Below, piece after piece: positions 29,009-38,549 of a stretch of DNA of 64,000 bases (the stretch's first letter is position 1; each line of letters begins with the position of its first letter). The stretch comes from an uncultured delta proteobacterium (GTDB lineage: Bacteria > Desulfobacterota > Binatia > Binatales > Binataceae): contig CAWJET010000002.1 of the NCBI GenBank assembly GCA_963842085.1, positions 1,024,001-1,088,000 of the forward strand, given 5' to 3'. The notes under the pieces are model-generated. The model searched no databases, was not told the origin of the DNA, and worked only from the letters and a program-made list of their open reading frames with translations. Made by a program: the position numbers and the translations under genes.

Positions 29009-30013
29009 TCAGTCGCAGCCTTCGATCAGATTGAGAAAATCCCACAGCGGCTCTTCGACTCGGCGGCCGATTGCGCAGCGTTCTACGCCAACTTCTTCGA
29101 TCCCGCGAGTGCCCATGCTGAGGCATCCAATACCCCAGCGCACGCTCCCGTATGCTTCCCAGAAGCGCACATGGGCTGGATCGACACTCAGTCCGGTGGC
29201 CTTCTCGTAAGCCTCGAACAGGTCCTCGCGCGTGCCGAAGCCGCCGACCGGCAGTTTGCCGCCGAATCGCCACGTCTTGACGCATAACCATCCCAGGTCC
29301 TGCATCGGATCGCCGCTCTGCCCTATTTCCCAATCCAGCACGCAGCGGATACCTTGCTCGCCGACGATAAAGTTGCCCGCGCGGAAGTCGCCGTGCACCA
29401 CGGTATGGCGCGTGCTTCGCGGAGCGTGTTGTTCCGCCCACTTGAGCCCCAGCTCGAGCGCCGGCGAATGAAATCCCAGGTACTCGATGATTCTGCGCTG
29501 GGCCGCGATGTGTTCGGCCGGTGTCAGCTTCATCAGGAACGGAACTTCGGCGACCGGAATGCGATGAATGGCCGCGAGGATCGCGCCGCACTGCTTCGCC
29601 ATCGTGGCGCGCGCGCCGGCGAAGCGTTCTTCGCGCAGGATGCGCGTCGCCAGTGTCTCTCCCGCCACCCTCTCGGTGACGTAGCCGGGGCCGAGCCCGT
29701 CGTCCGGTTTCAAGATCGCGCGCACTCGCGGCGCCGGAACGCCGGCCTTGACCGCTGCGATCATCAGCCGCGCGTCTTCATCAGCGGTCAGATGCGGCGA
29801 GACGCCCGCCAGCGGATTGCCTTCGTCGTTGGCGCGGGGGCTTGCCAGTTGCAGGATGAATTGCGCGCGCGCACCCGCGACGTCCGCATCGAACGACCAG
29901 GTCGTTTTGTTGGCTCCGCCGGTGAGTCGTTGCAGGTCGTGAATTGTGCCGGGCGAGCCGACGTGACGCGCGATGGCGACTTGCAAGCGCGCGGCGAAAT
30001 CTTCGCTGCTCAT
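29009..30013 (-). CDS. APH-family phosphotransferase (ACAD10/11-kinase-like)
   Basis: LTGGA, VHGDFRAGN, LDWE, GDPMQDLGW. Confidence 0.88.
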   Translation of the reverse strand: MSSEDFAARLQVAIARHVGSPGTIHDLQRLTGGANKTTWSFDADVAGARAQFILQLASPRANDEGNPLAGVSPHLTADEDARLMIAAVKAGVPAPRVRAILKPDDGLGPGYVTERVAGETLATRILREERFAGARATMAKQCGAILAAIHRIPVAEVPFLMKLTPAEHIAAQRRIIEYLGFHSPALELGLKWAEQHAPRSTRHTVVHGDFRAGNFIVGEQGIRCVLDWEIGQSGDPMQDLGWLCVKTWRFGGKLPVGGFGTREDLFEAYEKATGLSVDPAHVRFWEAYGSVRWGIGCLSMGTRGIEEVGVERCAIGRRVEEPLWDFLNLIEGCD

Positions 30014-30035
30014 GTAAGTCTCGCGCGCGAACGCT

Positions 30036-31310
30036 TCATTCTTCGGCCGGCTTTCGGTCCTTGAAAAATCCGAACAGGTACTGCGCCACGCGCCGCATCT
30101 GGATTTCCTCCGAGCCCTCGGTGATGCGATAGCGCCGGTGATGCCGGAAAATATGCTCGAACGGCTTATGCCGCGAGTATCCGATCGCGCCATGCACCTG
30201 CATCGCGCGGTCCGCGGCCTCGCACACCAGCCGGTTCGCGCGGTAGTTGCACATCGCGACCTTGTCGGAGAGTTTGAGCGCGACCTCGGGCTTCGACATC
30301 TGATCCATCTGCCAGGCGGTCTTGTAGATGAGATTGCGGATCATCTCGGCTTCGGTGTGCAGCTCGACCAGCGGCCATTGAATAGCCTGGTTGGTCGCGA
30401 GCGGTTTGCCGAACGGCTTGCGCTGCTTGGCGTACTTCACGCTCTCGTTGATGCAATATTGCGCCGCGCCCAACGAACCGGCCGCCTGCCGAATCCGATT
30501 CTCGTGGACGAAGTGCTGCGCGACTGCGAGCCCGTTTTCCGGATCGCCAAGAATTGCGTCGGCCGGCACGGCGACATCGGTCAGCGAGACGCGCGGGTGA
30601 TCGGTCGGCATGTTGAAGGTCCACAAATATTCTTCGACCTTGAAGCCCGCGCTCCTGGTCGGAACGATAAAGCAGGTGATGCCGCGCGGGCTGCCGTCTT
30701 TGCCGCTGGTGCGCGCGAACACAAAATCGTGGGTGGCGACGTGCAGGCCGGTGTTCCACATCTTGGCGCCGGTGATTCGCCAGTGATCGCCGTCGCGAAC
30801 GCCGCGCGTCTCCATCCAGGTTGCGTCGGAGCCGTGATCGGGCTCGGTGAGTCCGAACGCGATACGCATTGAGCCGTCCAGGATCTTCGGAATGAATTCC
30901 TTCTTTTGCTGTTCGTTGCCGAAGTCGCGGAACATCAGCACCGTCGGCAGATTGCCGACGATCGAGCTTTCGTTTTGCAGATCGTTGTGCAGTCCGAGTC
31001 CTTTGGCTGCCAGGTACTCGCGGATAATTGCCATCGCGAGGTTGGTGCCGTCCCTGCCGCCGTATTCTCTTGGCAGCGCGTAGCGGTAGTGGCCGGCCTT
31101 GTCGGCGCGCCGACGCATCTCGCCGAGCAGCGCCTCCCATTCATGGCGCGGCAGGCCGTCGCGCTCGAAGTCGGTGCGCGCCCATTCGCGGCGATGATCA
31201 AAGAAACGGATGTTGTCGTTCTCGCGCTCGAGCGGCTCGATCTCTTTCTCGATGAAGACGTCCAGTTCCTTCAGATAGGCGGTGACATCTGCGGGAATAT
31301 TAAAATCCAC
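30036..31310 (-). CDS. Acyl-CoA dehydrogenase
   Basis: FGLTEPDHGSDA, G.KMWNT, RITEGSEEIQ. Confidence 0.93.
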   Translation of the reverse strand: MDFNIPADVTAYLKELDVFIEKEIEPLERENDNIRFFDHRREWARTDFERDGLPRHEWEALLGEMRRRADKAGHYRYALPREYGGRDGTNLAMAIIREYLAAKGLGLHNDLQNESSIVGNLPTVLMFRDFGNEQQKKEFIPKILDGSMRIAFGLTEPDHGSDATWMETRGVRDGDHWRITGAKMWNTGLHVATHDFVFARTSGKDGSPRGITCFIVPTRSAGFKVEEYLWTFNMPTDHPRVSLTDVAVPADAILGDPENGLAVAQHFVHENRIRQAAGSLGAAQYCINESVKYAKQRKPFGKPLATNQAIQWPLVELHTEAEMIRNLIYKTAWQMDQMSKPEVALKLSDKVAMCNYRANRLVCEAADRAMQVHGAIGYSRHKPFEHIFRHHRRYRITEGSEEIQMRRVAQYLFGFFKDRKPAEE

Positions 31311-31892
31311 GGCGTTTCTCCTCAGGCGATCACGTTATGTGCGAGGCGTACCAGAGTGCGGTTGCGAACGGAAGCAGAATCAATACCGATCGGTATGTGC
31401 GGGGCCGGCCCCGCACCCACTGAAATTGGGCCGTGCTCCGGCCGCGCGCTGCTTCGTCGCGCTACGGCGGTTATCAACTTCGACGAAGGAGCGCGTTCAA
31501 TATGGTGCGCCAGCTGAAGCGATCCGAACGATGTTAGATTTTCCATTGCAAGGAACCGCAGAGGCGGTTGCGATCGGGCTAAATTGGGAGGATTTTCGTG
31601 TGAATTCGTGTCGATTTCGTTGTCGAATTCCGCGCAAGTGAGATCGGCGGAAAGTGCGATTTCCACAATATGCTGTGGTTCATGAACAGGCATACCACTA
31701 TCGGTGGCTTCGTTCCGTCAAATTTATTTTTCTGGGCGCAGAAGTGGAAGTGCGGGTTATGACGGCTGGGACGTGTTTTGTTTCTGATGACGATTAGCTA
31801 TCGTCATGGTGTAATTTATAACAGATTGTGAGCAGGCGCGTAAGAGATGGAAGATCAATCCGCGAGGGAGTCACGAGGCTCGCGGACAGACG

Positions 31893-32412
31893 CCCTAACC
31901 CCTAGCCCCTTCCCCAGGAATGGGGAAGGGGAAACGGAACACTTGTGGGATCGTGCTGTCCTATCCCCCTGGCCCCCTTTCCAGATGGAAAGGGGGAACC
32001 GGAATCATTCTCGAGAGGCTCTTCCGGGATGGGACGGCGGCGAACGGCAGAGCCCTTGCCCTCGCCCCTTCCCCAGGAGTGGGGAAGGGGAAACGGAACA
32101 CTTGTGCGATCGTGCTGTCCTATCCCCCTGGCCCCCTTTCCATGATGGAAAGGGGGAACGCGAGCGTCCACGCATTCGGGCAACGCCAGACCCGAACTTC
32201 TTGAGTGTTCCCCCTTTCCGCACCGGAAAGGAGGTTAGGGGGATAGGACGGCGGCGCGCTCGGGTGACTTTGTTCTGTTCCCCTTCCCCACTCATCCTGG
32301 GGAAGGGGAAAGCGAGTTGTGTGACGTGGTGTCCTATACCCCTAGCCTTTCCATGATGGAAGGGGGAATGGGAATCATTCCCTAGAGCCTTTTCGGGATA
32401 AAAAGGGGGGAA
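31893..32412. repeat. BIME-like mosaic of REP hairpins containing a ~95-bp near-identical direct duplication
   Basis: 31905-31999 ~ 32064-32159; diverged third copy from ~32280; inverted unit at ~32207-32248. Confidence 0.85.
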
Positions 32413-32440
32413 CCCGAACCGCCCGAACTCTCTGCTGGAC

Positions 32441-33322
32441 TTACTTGCTGAGGAACTCGCGGAGGCGGTTCGCCAGCTCCCCCGGTTTTTCCTCGGGAAT
32501 GAAATGACCGCAGTCGGCAATCGAGCCGCCGGTCGCATGAACCGCAACGCGGCGAAGCGATTCGACTACGAGATCGCCGCGGCCGCGCGGGCCGCCGCCG
32601 CCGAGTCCCAGCGTGGGCATAGGAAGTTTGAATCCGGTCGCGAGCGTAGCGCGATTGTCAGCGACGTCTTTCGGGAGCGCGCGGTAGAAGTTGAATCCCG
32701 CGCGCATGGCGCCCGGCTGCGAGTAGGTCCGCACGTATTCCGCGATGTCGTCGGGGCCGATCGCGCCAGCCAGATCGCATCCGTTCATGAAGAAGAATTC
32801 GAGATAGAGACGCTCGCGGCCGTAGACGAGGGCTTCAGGCAAGTCGGGGACCTGATGGAACAGGTGCCACCATCGCTGCCCGCTCCCGATCGCGCTGCCC
32901 GCAGGTTGATCGCCAGGGACGGGAACATCGAGCATGGCGAGGTGCGTCACTTCGCCGGGGTGATCAGCCGCGAGGCGAAACGCAACCGGCGCGCCCCAAT
33001 CATGGCCGACGACGGCGAAGCACGTGTGCCCGAAATGGCTGTGCATGAGCAACCAGATGTCGTTCGCTACAGTTTTCTTGTCGTAGCCGGTGCTGGGCCG
33101 CGAAGAATCGCCGAGGCCGCGCATGTCGGGCGCGACGAGCGAGTACTGGTCGGCCAGCAGCGGCATCACGCGGCGCCATTCATACCAGGTCTGCGGCCAT
33201 CCGTGGAGCAGCACGACGGGGCTGCCCTGGCCCATCGTGACGTAGTGCAGGCGCACGCCTTCGAGGTTGGCGTAGTGATGAGCAGGGGTGACCCCTGCAC
33301 CCACCGACTCTGAGTCTTGCAC
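32441..33322 (-). CDS. Alpha/beta hydrolase (epoxide hydrolase / haloacetate dehalogenase-like)
   Basis: LLHGWP, DMRG.G.S, GHDWG (Asp nucleophile), GHFIPEE. Confidence 0.9.
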   Translation of the reverse strand: MQDSESVGAGVTPAHHYANLEGVRLHYVTMGQGSPVVLLHGWPQTWYEWRRVMPLLADQYSLVAPDMRGLGDSSRPSTGYDKKTVANDIWLLMHSHFGHTCFAVVGHDWGAPVAFRLAADHPGEVTHLAMLDVPVPGDQPAGSAIGSGQRWWHLFHQVPDLPEALVYGRERLYLEFFFMNGCDLAGAIGPDDIAEYVRTYSQPGAMRAGFNFYRALPKDVADNRATLATGFKLPMPTLGLGGGGPRGRGDLVVESLRRVAVHATGGSIADCGHFIPEEKPGELANRLREFLSK

Positions 33323-33405
33323 AGTCGCCGCTCCGTTGTCGCTACGTAGTGCGATTCACCATCGGAAGTTTCCAAACACTCCGCCGGCGGCGTCCGGAGT
33401 TCGAT

Positions 33406-34650
33406 TCAGTTCGCGGCTGCATTCGCGGCGAGGCGCGCGGGGCGCGACTTCGTCAGCGCGTCGACGTCGAACTTGAACAGGCGCGCCGCATTGAGGCCGA
33501 GGATTTTCGCGCGCGCGTCTTCGGGCAGACCGCCCATCTCGCGCTCGATCGCTTCGGCCGAATGAGGCCAGCTCCCCTCGTGATGCGGATAGTCATTCGC
33601 CCACAGGAAGTTATTAGTCAGATTATATTTTACCGCCAGATCGAGCCCGACCGGATCTTCCTGGAACGACGCGTATCCGTGCGCGCGGAAATACTCACTC
33701 GGCAGCATCTTGAGCCGCGGCAGCGCCCACATGTGATGCTTGTGATAGGCCTCGTCCATGGCTCCCAGAGCCCACGCCACCCATCCGATGCCCGACTCGA
33801 TTGCGGCGAAGCGAAGTCCGGGAAAACGCTCGAGCACGCCGGAGCCGCATAGGTTTGCGACCGGCTCGATGGTCGGGACGAGCGAATGTGAAACATAATT
33901 GATCACCGCGCCGCCGTCCTTGCGCGCCGCGCGTGGATCGCGTCCGGTCGAGACATGGAAGGTGATCGGCAGATCGGCTGCCTGGATCACCGACCACAGC
34001 GGATCGAAAAGCGGCAAATTGTAGTTGGGATGGCGCGCGTCGTGGGGCCCGAAGATCGGCTTGCACGGCAGAGTCAATCCGCGAAATCCCAGCTTCGCGA
34101 CGCGCTCGACTTCCTTGATCGAGCCCGGCAAATCGGCCGTCGCGATCGCGGCCAGCGGCGACATGCGATCGTTATACTTCGCGAACGTCTCCCACGCCCA
34201 GTCGTTGTAGATGCGGCATTGCGCCTGTGCAAAGTCGGCGTCGGTGGTCGCCCACATCGTGAGACCCTTGTTGGGGAAAATCACTTCCGCATCGACGCCG
34301 TCGCGAATCTGATCCTTCAGCCGCTGCTCGGGATCGGCGCCCGCCTTCGCGCGCAAGTGATCCTCGCCTTCCAAACGGCTGTCGAGCAGACGCGAGCGTT
34401 GCCATCCCTCGGAAATCGCCCACTTGACGCCGTTTTCATCGACTTCTACTCGCGGCAGCCGATCCCGATACTTGCGATCGATCCGCTCATACCAGAGATT
34501 CGACGGCTCATTGCAGTGACAGTCCGCCGAGATCATCAGGTACTTGTCGGGATCGCCCGGCCGCGCCGTGCGCTTCCATCCCGAATGCCCGGGAGTCTCG
34601 AGTCGCCAACGGTTGGGTTCGTTGATTTCGTTGATGTCCGCGCCTGCCAT
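33406..34650 (-). CDS. Amidohydrolase-2 family protein
   Basis: SADCH, YNDW, TFH, ESGIGW, WANDYPH.E. Confidence 0.88.
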   Translation of the reverse strand: MAGADINEINEPNRWRLETPGHSGWKRTARPGDPDKYLMISADCHCNEPSNLWYERIDRKYRDRLPRVEVDENGVKWAISEGWQRSRLLDSRLEGEDHLRAKAGADPEQRLKDQIRDGVDAEVIFPNKGLTMWATTDADFAQAQCRIYNDWAWETFAKYNDRMSPLAAIATADLPGSIKEVERVAKLGFRGLTLPCKPIFGPHDARHPNYNLPLFDPLWSVIQAADLPITFHVSTGRDPRAARKDGGAVINYVSHSLVPTIEPVANLCGSGVLERFPGLRFAAIESGIGWVAWALGAMDEAYHKHHMWALPRLKMLPSEYFRAHGYASFQEDPVGLDLAVKYNLTNNFLWANDYPHHEGSWPHSAEAIEREMGGLPEDARAKILGLNAARLFKFDVDALTKSRPARLAANAAAN

Positions 34651-34771
34651 TACGATACCTCCGATGCGGCCGCTTCGATTCGCTTAACAATCGTATGTTA
34701 GACCGGCCATGCAAACTGTCAAGGAAGCTTTGCACCCGATTGGGCGCGGTGGTCATATGAGGAGCAATGCC

Positions 34772-35257
34772 ATGGTCGTAATCATCATGGGAGTGACCGG
34801 CGCCGGCAAGACCACGATTGGACGCGCGCTCGCAACGTCGCTCGGATGGGAGTTCCACGACGGCGACGCACTGCATTCCGCGGCGAGCAAGCTGAAGATG
34901 CATCGCGGAGTCGCGCTCGACGACTCCGAGCGCGCACCGTGGCTGGGCGCCATTCGAAAGTTGATTCAGGGCATGCTCTCGGAAGGCCGCAATGGAGTCG
35001 TCGCGTGCTCCGCGCTGAAGCAATCGTACCGCGACGAGCTGGTCATGGATCCGAACTCGGTCAGAGTCGTCTATCTGAAGGGATCGAAACAGGTAATCGC
35101 CGATCGGCTGCGCGAGCGCACCGGTCATTTCATGAATCCCGATCTTCTGCAGAGTCAGTTCGACACGCTGGAGGAACCTCGCGACGCGATCGTTGCCGAT
35201 ATCTCGGCCGCTCCGGGAGCGATCGTGGACGCGATCAAGACCCGCCTCGGCCGTTAG
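34772..35257 (+). CDS. gntK: Gluconokinase
   Basis: MGVTGAGKTT, DGD.LH, R.PWL, CSALK.SYR, SQFDTLEEP; GAGGAG RBS. Confidence 0.9.
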   Translation: MVVIIMGVTGAGKTTIGRALATSLGWEFHDGDALHSAASKLKMHRGVALDDSERAPWLGAIRKLIQGMLSEGRNGVVACSALKQSYRDELVMDPNSVRVVYLKGSKQVIADRLRERTGHFMNPDLLQSQFDTLEEPRDAIVADISAAPGAIVDAIKTRLGR

Positions 35258-35271
35258 CTTTCCAAGCGTTT

Positions 35272-36675
35272 CTATTCGGTGATGACCGTGGGGGCCTCGG
35301 ACACGCTCGGCGAGAGTTCTTCCAGAGTCTTACCGCGAGTCTCGGGGACGAACCAGAACACGATCGCGACGCCGAGGATCGGGCCGGCCGCAAAGAGCGA
35401 GGCCGCGTTGCCCAGGCCGCCAAGCGGCTCCGACAGCAGCCCAATGACGACCGGCGACAGCATCCAGCAGATCTGCCCGATCACCTGCACGCACAGGCTG
35501 TAGCCGGTGGCTCGAATCGCGGTCGGAAACAACTCGGTCGAAAGGGCAGAGGTCGCGGTGCGCGCCGCTTGATACGCAAACATCGTGATAACCTCGCCGG
35601 CGAGGATCGCGCCGTAGGCGTCGCTGGTGAACAGCAGGTACATCGCGGCCCCCGACATCAGGTAGAAGAAGCTGGTGGTGAACTTTCGTCCCAGCCGGTC
35701 CATCAGATATCCGCTCAACATGCTGCCGATCGTGCCCATCGCGTAGGCGAGAATTATCGCCGCGGCGACCTGGTGGGATTTCCAATGGTGGTCGCGGCGG
35801 GCGAAGAGGCTGAAGTAGGTAATCGTCGGGCCGCCGATCAATCCGATCGAGTTCCAGAGCCCGGCCATGATCAGCAGGCGCGAGCGGTATGGACCGGCGA
35901 GCGGCGCAAGGCTGTTGCGAATCGACGTCCAGAATGGAGGGCGTTCCTTGCCGGCCGCGGCCCGCGCCCTCTCGTGCGCAACGAAGCGGGCGGTCTCGCG
36001 CAGTCCGCGCCGCAGAAACGCGACCATCATTAGCGGCGCGATCCCGAGCAGGTACATGCCACGCCAGCCCCATCGCGACTCCGCCATGAGCGCGTAGGTA
36101 AGTGCGGCCGCCGTCACCCCGAGAAACGCAATCATGTGCAGCGACGCGATCGCGCGCCCACGCCCCGCGTCGGGAAACTCCTCGCTGATCATCGTGACCG
36201 CAATCCCGAACTCGGCCGCAAGGAAGATCTGAGCCGAACTTTGAAAGAGCGTGAAAGAACGCACGCTGCGTGAAAGCGCTGTGAACAGGGTAAGGACCGT
36301 GTAACAAAGTACGGTCGTCGAGATGATCGGTTTTCGGCCGTAACGATCGGCCAGGATGACCACGAAGAACGACAGCATCCCGCCAAACCGCACGATCGTC
36401 GCCATCAAGCCGATGGCGGCATCGTCCAGGTGAAAGGTCCGCGCGATTTCAGGGGTCGCCAGGTGGAAGATCGTGATGTCGTAGCCTTCGAAAATCGTGG
36501 CCGACATCAGCATCGCGAACAGCGCCACTAAGTAACGGCGCGGCCGCGGTATCCACGGCGCTACTTTCGGTTGTTCTGACGAGCGGTCTGGTTGAGCGGC
36601 CTGCATCGCGGATAATTGCGCGCGCAAGGCGCACGTCGATTCGCTAAGGGTTTCAGATCGCGAAACCCCCGGCAA
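35272..36675 (-). CDS. MFS transporter
   Basis: EGYD, ADRYGRK, MDRLGRK, ELFPTAIRA, PETRGKTLEE. Confidence 0.92.
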   Translation of the reverse strand: MPGVSRSETLSESTCALRAQLSAMQAAQPDRSSEQPKVAPWIPRPRRYLVALFAMLMSATIFEGYDITIFHLATPEIARTFHLDDAAIGLMATIVRFGGMLSFFVVILADRYGRKPIISTTVLCYTVLTLFTALSRSVRSFTLFQSSAQIFLAAEFGIAVTMISEEFPDAGRGRAIASLHMIAFLGVTAAALTYALMAESRWGWRGMYLLGIAPLMMVAFLRRGLRETARFVAHERARAAAGKERPPFWTSIRNSLAPLAGPYRSRLLIMAGLWNSIGLIGGPTITYFSLFARRDHHWKSHQVAAAIILAYAMGTIGSMLSGYLMDRLGRKFTTSFFYLMSGAAMYLLFTSDAYGAILAGEVITMFAYQAARTATSALSTELFPTAIRATGYSLCVQVIGQICWMLSPVVIGLLSEPLGGLGNAASLFAAGPILGVAIVFWFVPETRGKTLEELSPSVSEAPTVITE

Positions 36676-36696
36676 GCCGGGTTTTCCGGGCTTCGA

Positions 36697-37953
36697 CTAG
36701 CTTTTCGCACTACCGAAAAGTCTGACGTGTTGCGGGCTATCGGCCGCATTGTCCCGGAGTTCGAGTGTGCCCTCATATTTGCCCCGTTTGTGCGGCGCGA
36801 ACTCGACCGAGATCGTGCAAATACCCCCGTTCGCCGCTAACGTGCTGCACGTATTGGCGGTCACATTGAACGGCGAAGTGGCTGCAGGAGCCGCCATGAA
36901 CGAGATCGGCGCCGGACTGTCATTGACGACCGTGATGCTCTGAGGTGAACTGACGGCTTCAGTCGGCACTCCGGTGAAGCTTAGCGACTTCGGCCTCATC
37001 TTAATCTTCGGCGCGAGGCCTTTGCCCTTCAGTTTGACGGTGTGCGATCCGCGTGAGGCGTTGCTGTTCACCTGCAGCGACCCATTTTGTTTGCCTTTCG
37101 CGGTTGGACGGGATGCAACTTCAATCGTGCAGGAGGCGTCGGGTTGCAGCTCTACTGGGCAATCATTCGACGTCACGACAAATCCAGTACTCACTGTCGG
37201 CTGCGACAAGGACACTGTCGAAGTCGAAGCGTGGTTGACGACCTTTATTTTCGCCGGCTTGCTCTGGCTGCCAATGACTTCGCTCGGGAACGAAATCGAC
37301 TCGGGACCGGCATCGAGCGCCGCGAGCACCGGGGTTGGAGACGCGCCAGGTGTCGGTGTCGCAGTCGGTGTCGGTGTCCCAGTCGGTGTCGGCGTCATCG
37401 TAGCGGTTGTCGTTGGCGTGGCCGTCACAGTTGCAGTCGCGGTCGGACCTGGCCGTCCACCAGGGAACAATCCGAACACCGCGAGTTGGGTCTGCGTCCC
37501 CACATAGACCGAGCCATTAGCTACTGTCGGCACGGTGAACTTCACTGCTGGCCCAGGGTTATCAGAGCTGAACTGGTTGCTGTCGTATAGCTCTTTATTC
37601 AGATTGGTCGCGTCGAAGGCATAGAGAATCGCGGGACCACTTACATTCCATTGCGAACTGTTGATCGCCCACAGGATGCCGCCGGTCGTGCCATTGGCCG
37701 AGATGACCGGCGACGCACCCGGATGTGCAAACGTGAAGTTGGCGGCGGCGATCGACGCGGGCGGCGTCTGGATCAGTCCATTGGAGATGACAAACATTTT
37801 CGGCACATCGCCGACGCCGATCGTGTAGATCATGTTCTGCTGGCCGACATTCGGCACCATTCCCTGCCAGTACGCGGGCGTGCTGAACATCCCGCCAACC
37901 TCGCTAGTCAGTTCCTGCACCATCTGGTCCATGCTCGCATTGAACCCACCCAC
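36697..37953 (-). pseudogene. 3' part of a secreted PQQ-like beta-propeller protein with Pro/Thr linker and two choice-of-anchor-D/ASH Ig-like domains; 5' end missing
   Basis: PVISANG..GILWA, LYAFDA, KFTVPTVANG.VYVGT; PTPT linker; begins mid-domain with no signal peptide. Confidence 0.65.
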
Positions 37954-37954
37954 C

Positions 37955-38146
37955 GGTCGATGCGCCTTCCATCAGGGCGTTGACGGTCGAGGTTTGAAAA
38001 ACGGTCTGGTCTTCGTCGCCGAGCAGCCGTTCGAGGGCTTGAATGATGATGGCGGAAAGGGTTTGCCCGGTTTGTTTTCGCCGCGCGCCAAGCTGGCGCG
38101 CGAGCGCGGGCGGCAGATGCACGCGCAGCGTGACACGTTGAGGCAT
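37955..38146 (-). pseudogene. 5' fragment of an acetolactate decarboxylase-like gene with RHH-like N-terminus
   Basis: TVFQTSTVNALMEG matches the start of AlsD/BudA, then the similarity breaks off. Confidence 0.55.
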
Positions 38147-38210
38147 CGCGCGAGTTTATCGGAGGGGCGGGCAACTTGGTACCCCGCGCGTGCCACAGGC
38201 CGTCAACAAA

Positions 38211-38423
38211 TCAAGGCCACGTCCCATGAATCGCGAGCAGAATACAGCCGGCCGCGATCCAGATTACCAGGGCTACTGCAACAAGAGACTCCACGATGAC
38301 GCCCAGTGTACGAAGTGTAAACATCGAGTTAATCCAGTTCGCTTTTAGCGCCAGCCCAGGAGCGAAGTCAATCCGGGAAATCGACGTTTGGTTATCAGGG
38401 GCATAGCGAAAAAGGATGCTCAC
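38211..38423 (-). CDS. Possible small membrane protein
   Basis: One hydrophobic C-terminal segment. Confidence 0.3.
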   Translation of the reverse strand: MSILFRYAPDNQTSISRIDFAPGLALKANWINSMFTLRTLGVIVESLVAVALVIWIAAGCILLAIHGTWP

Positions 38424-38549
38424 GATGACATGGGAAAGAACGCGGGCGGCGGGGTCGATGCCGGCTAACCAAACCTAACCCCGTCCGTTACTCCTGAAGC
38501 AGCGCCCCACAAATGTAGACCGCCTGGAAGCCGTATCAATGACAGTTGG

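Noticed and set aside
31320-31850. Structured ncRNA or riboswitch in the long intergenic region
   Set aside because: Only a REP palindrome and short hairpins are visible; no recognisable family motif (an Rfam scan would be needed)
31893-32412. Possible CRISPR array
   Set aside because: Units are long, irregular and partly inverted; linkers are duplicated rather than unique spacers; no cas genes in the window
31847-32547. ORFs across the repeat mosaic
   Set aside because: Pro/Gly-rich translations of palindromic repeats with no coding evidence
37330-37450. Short tandem GTCGGT repeats
   Set aside because: They encode an ordinary Pro/Thr linker
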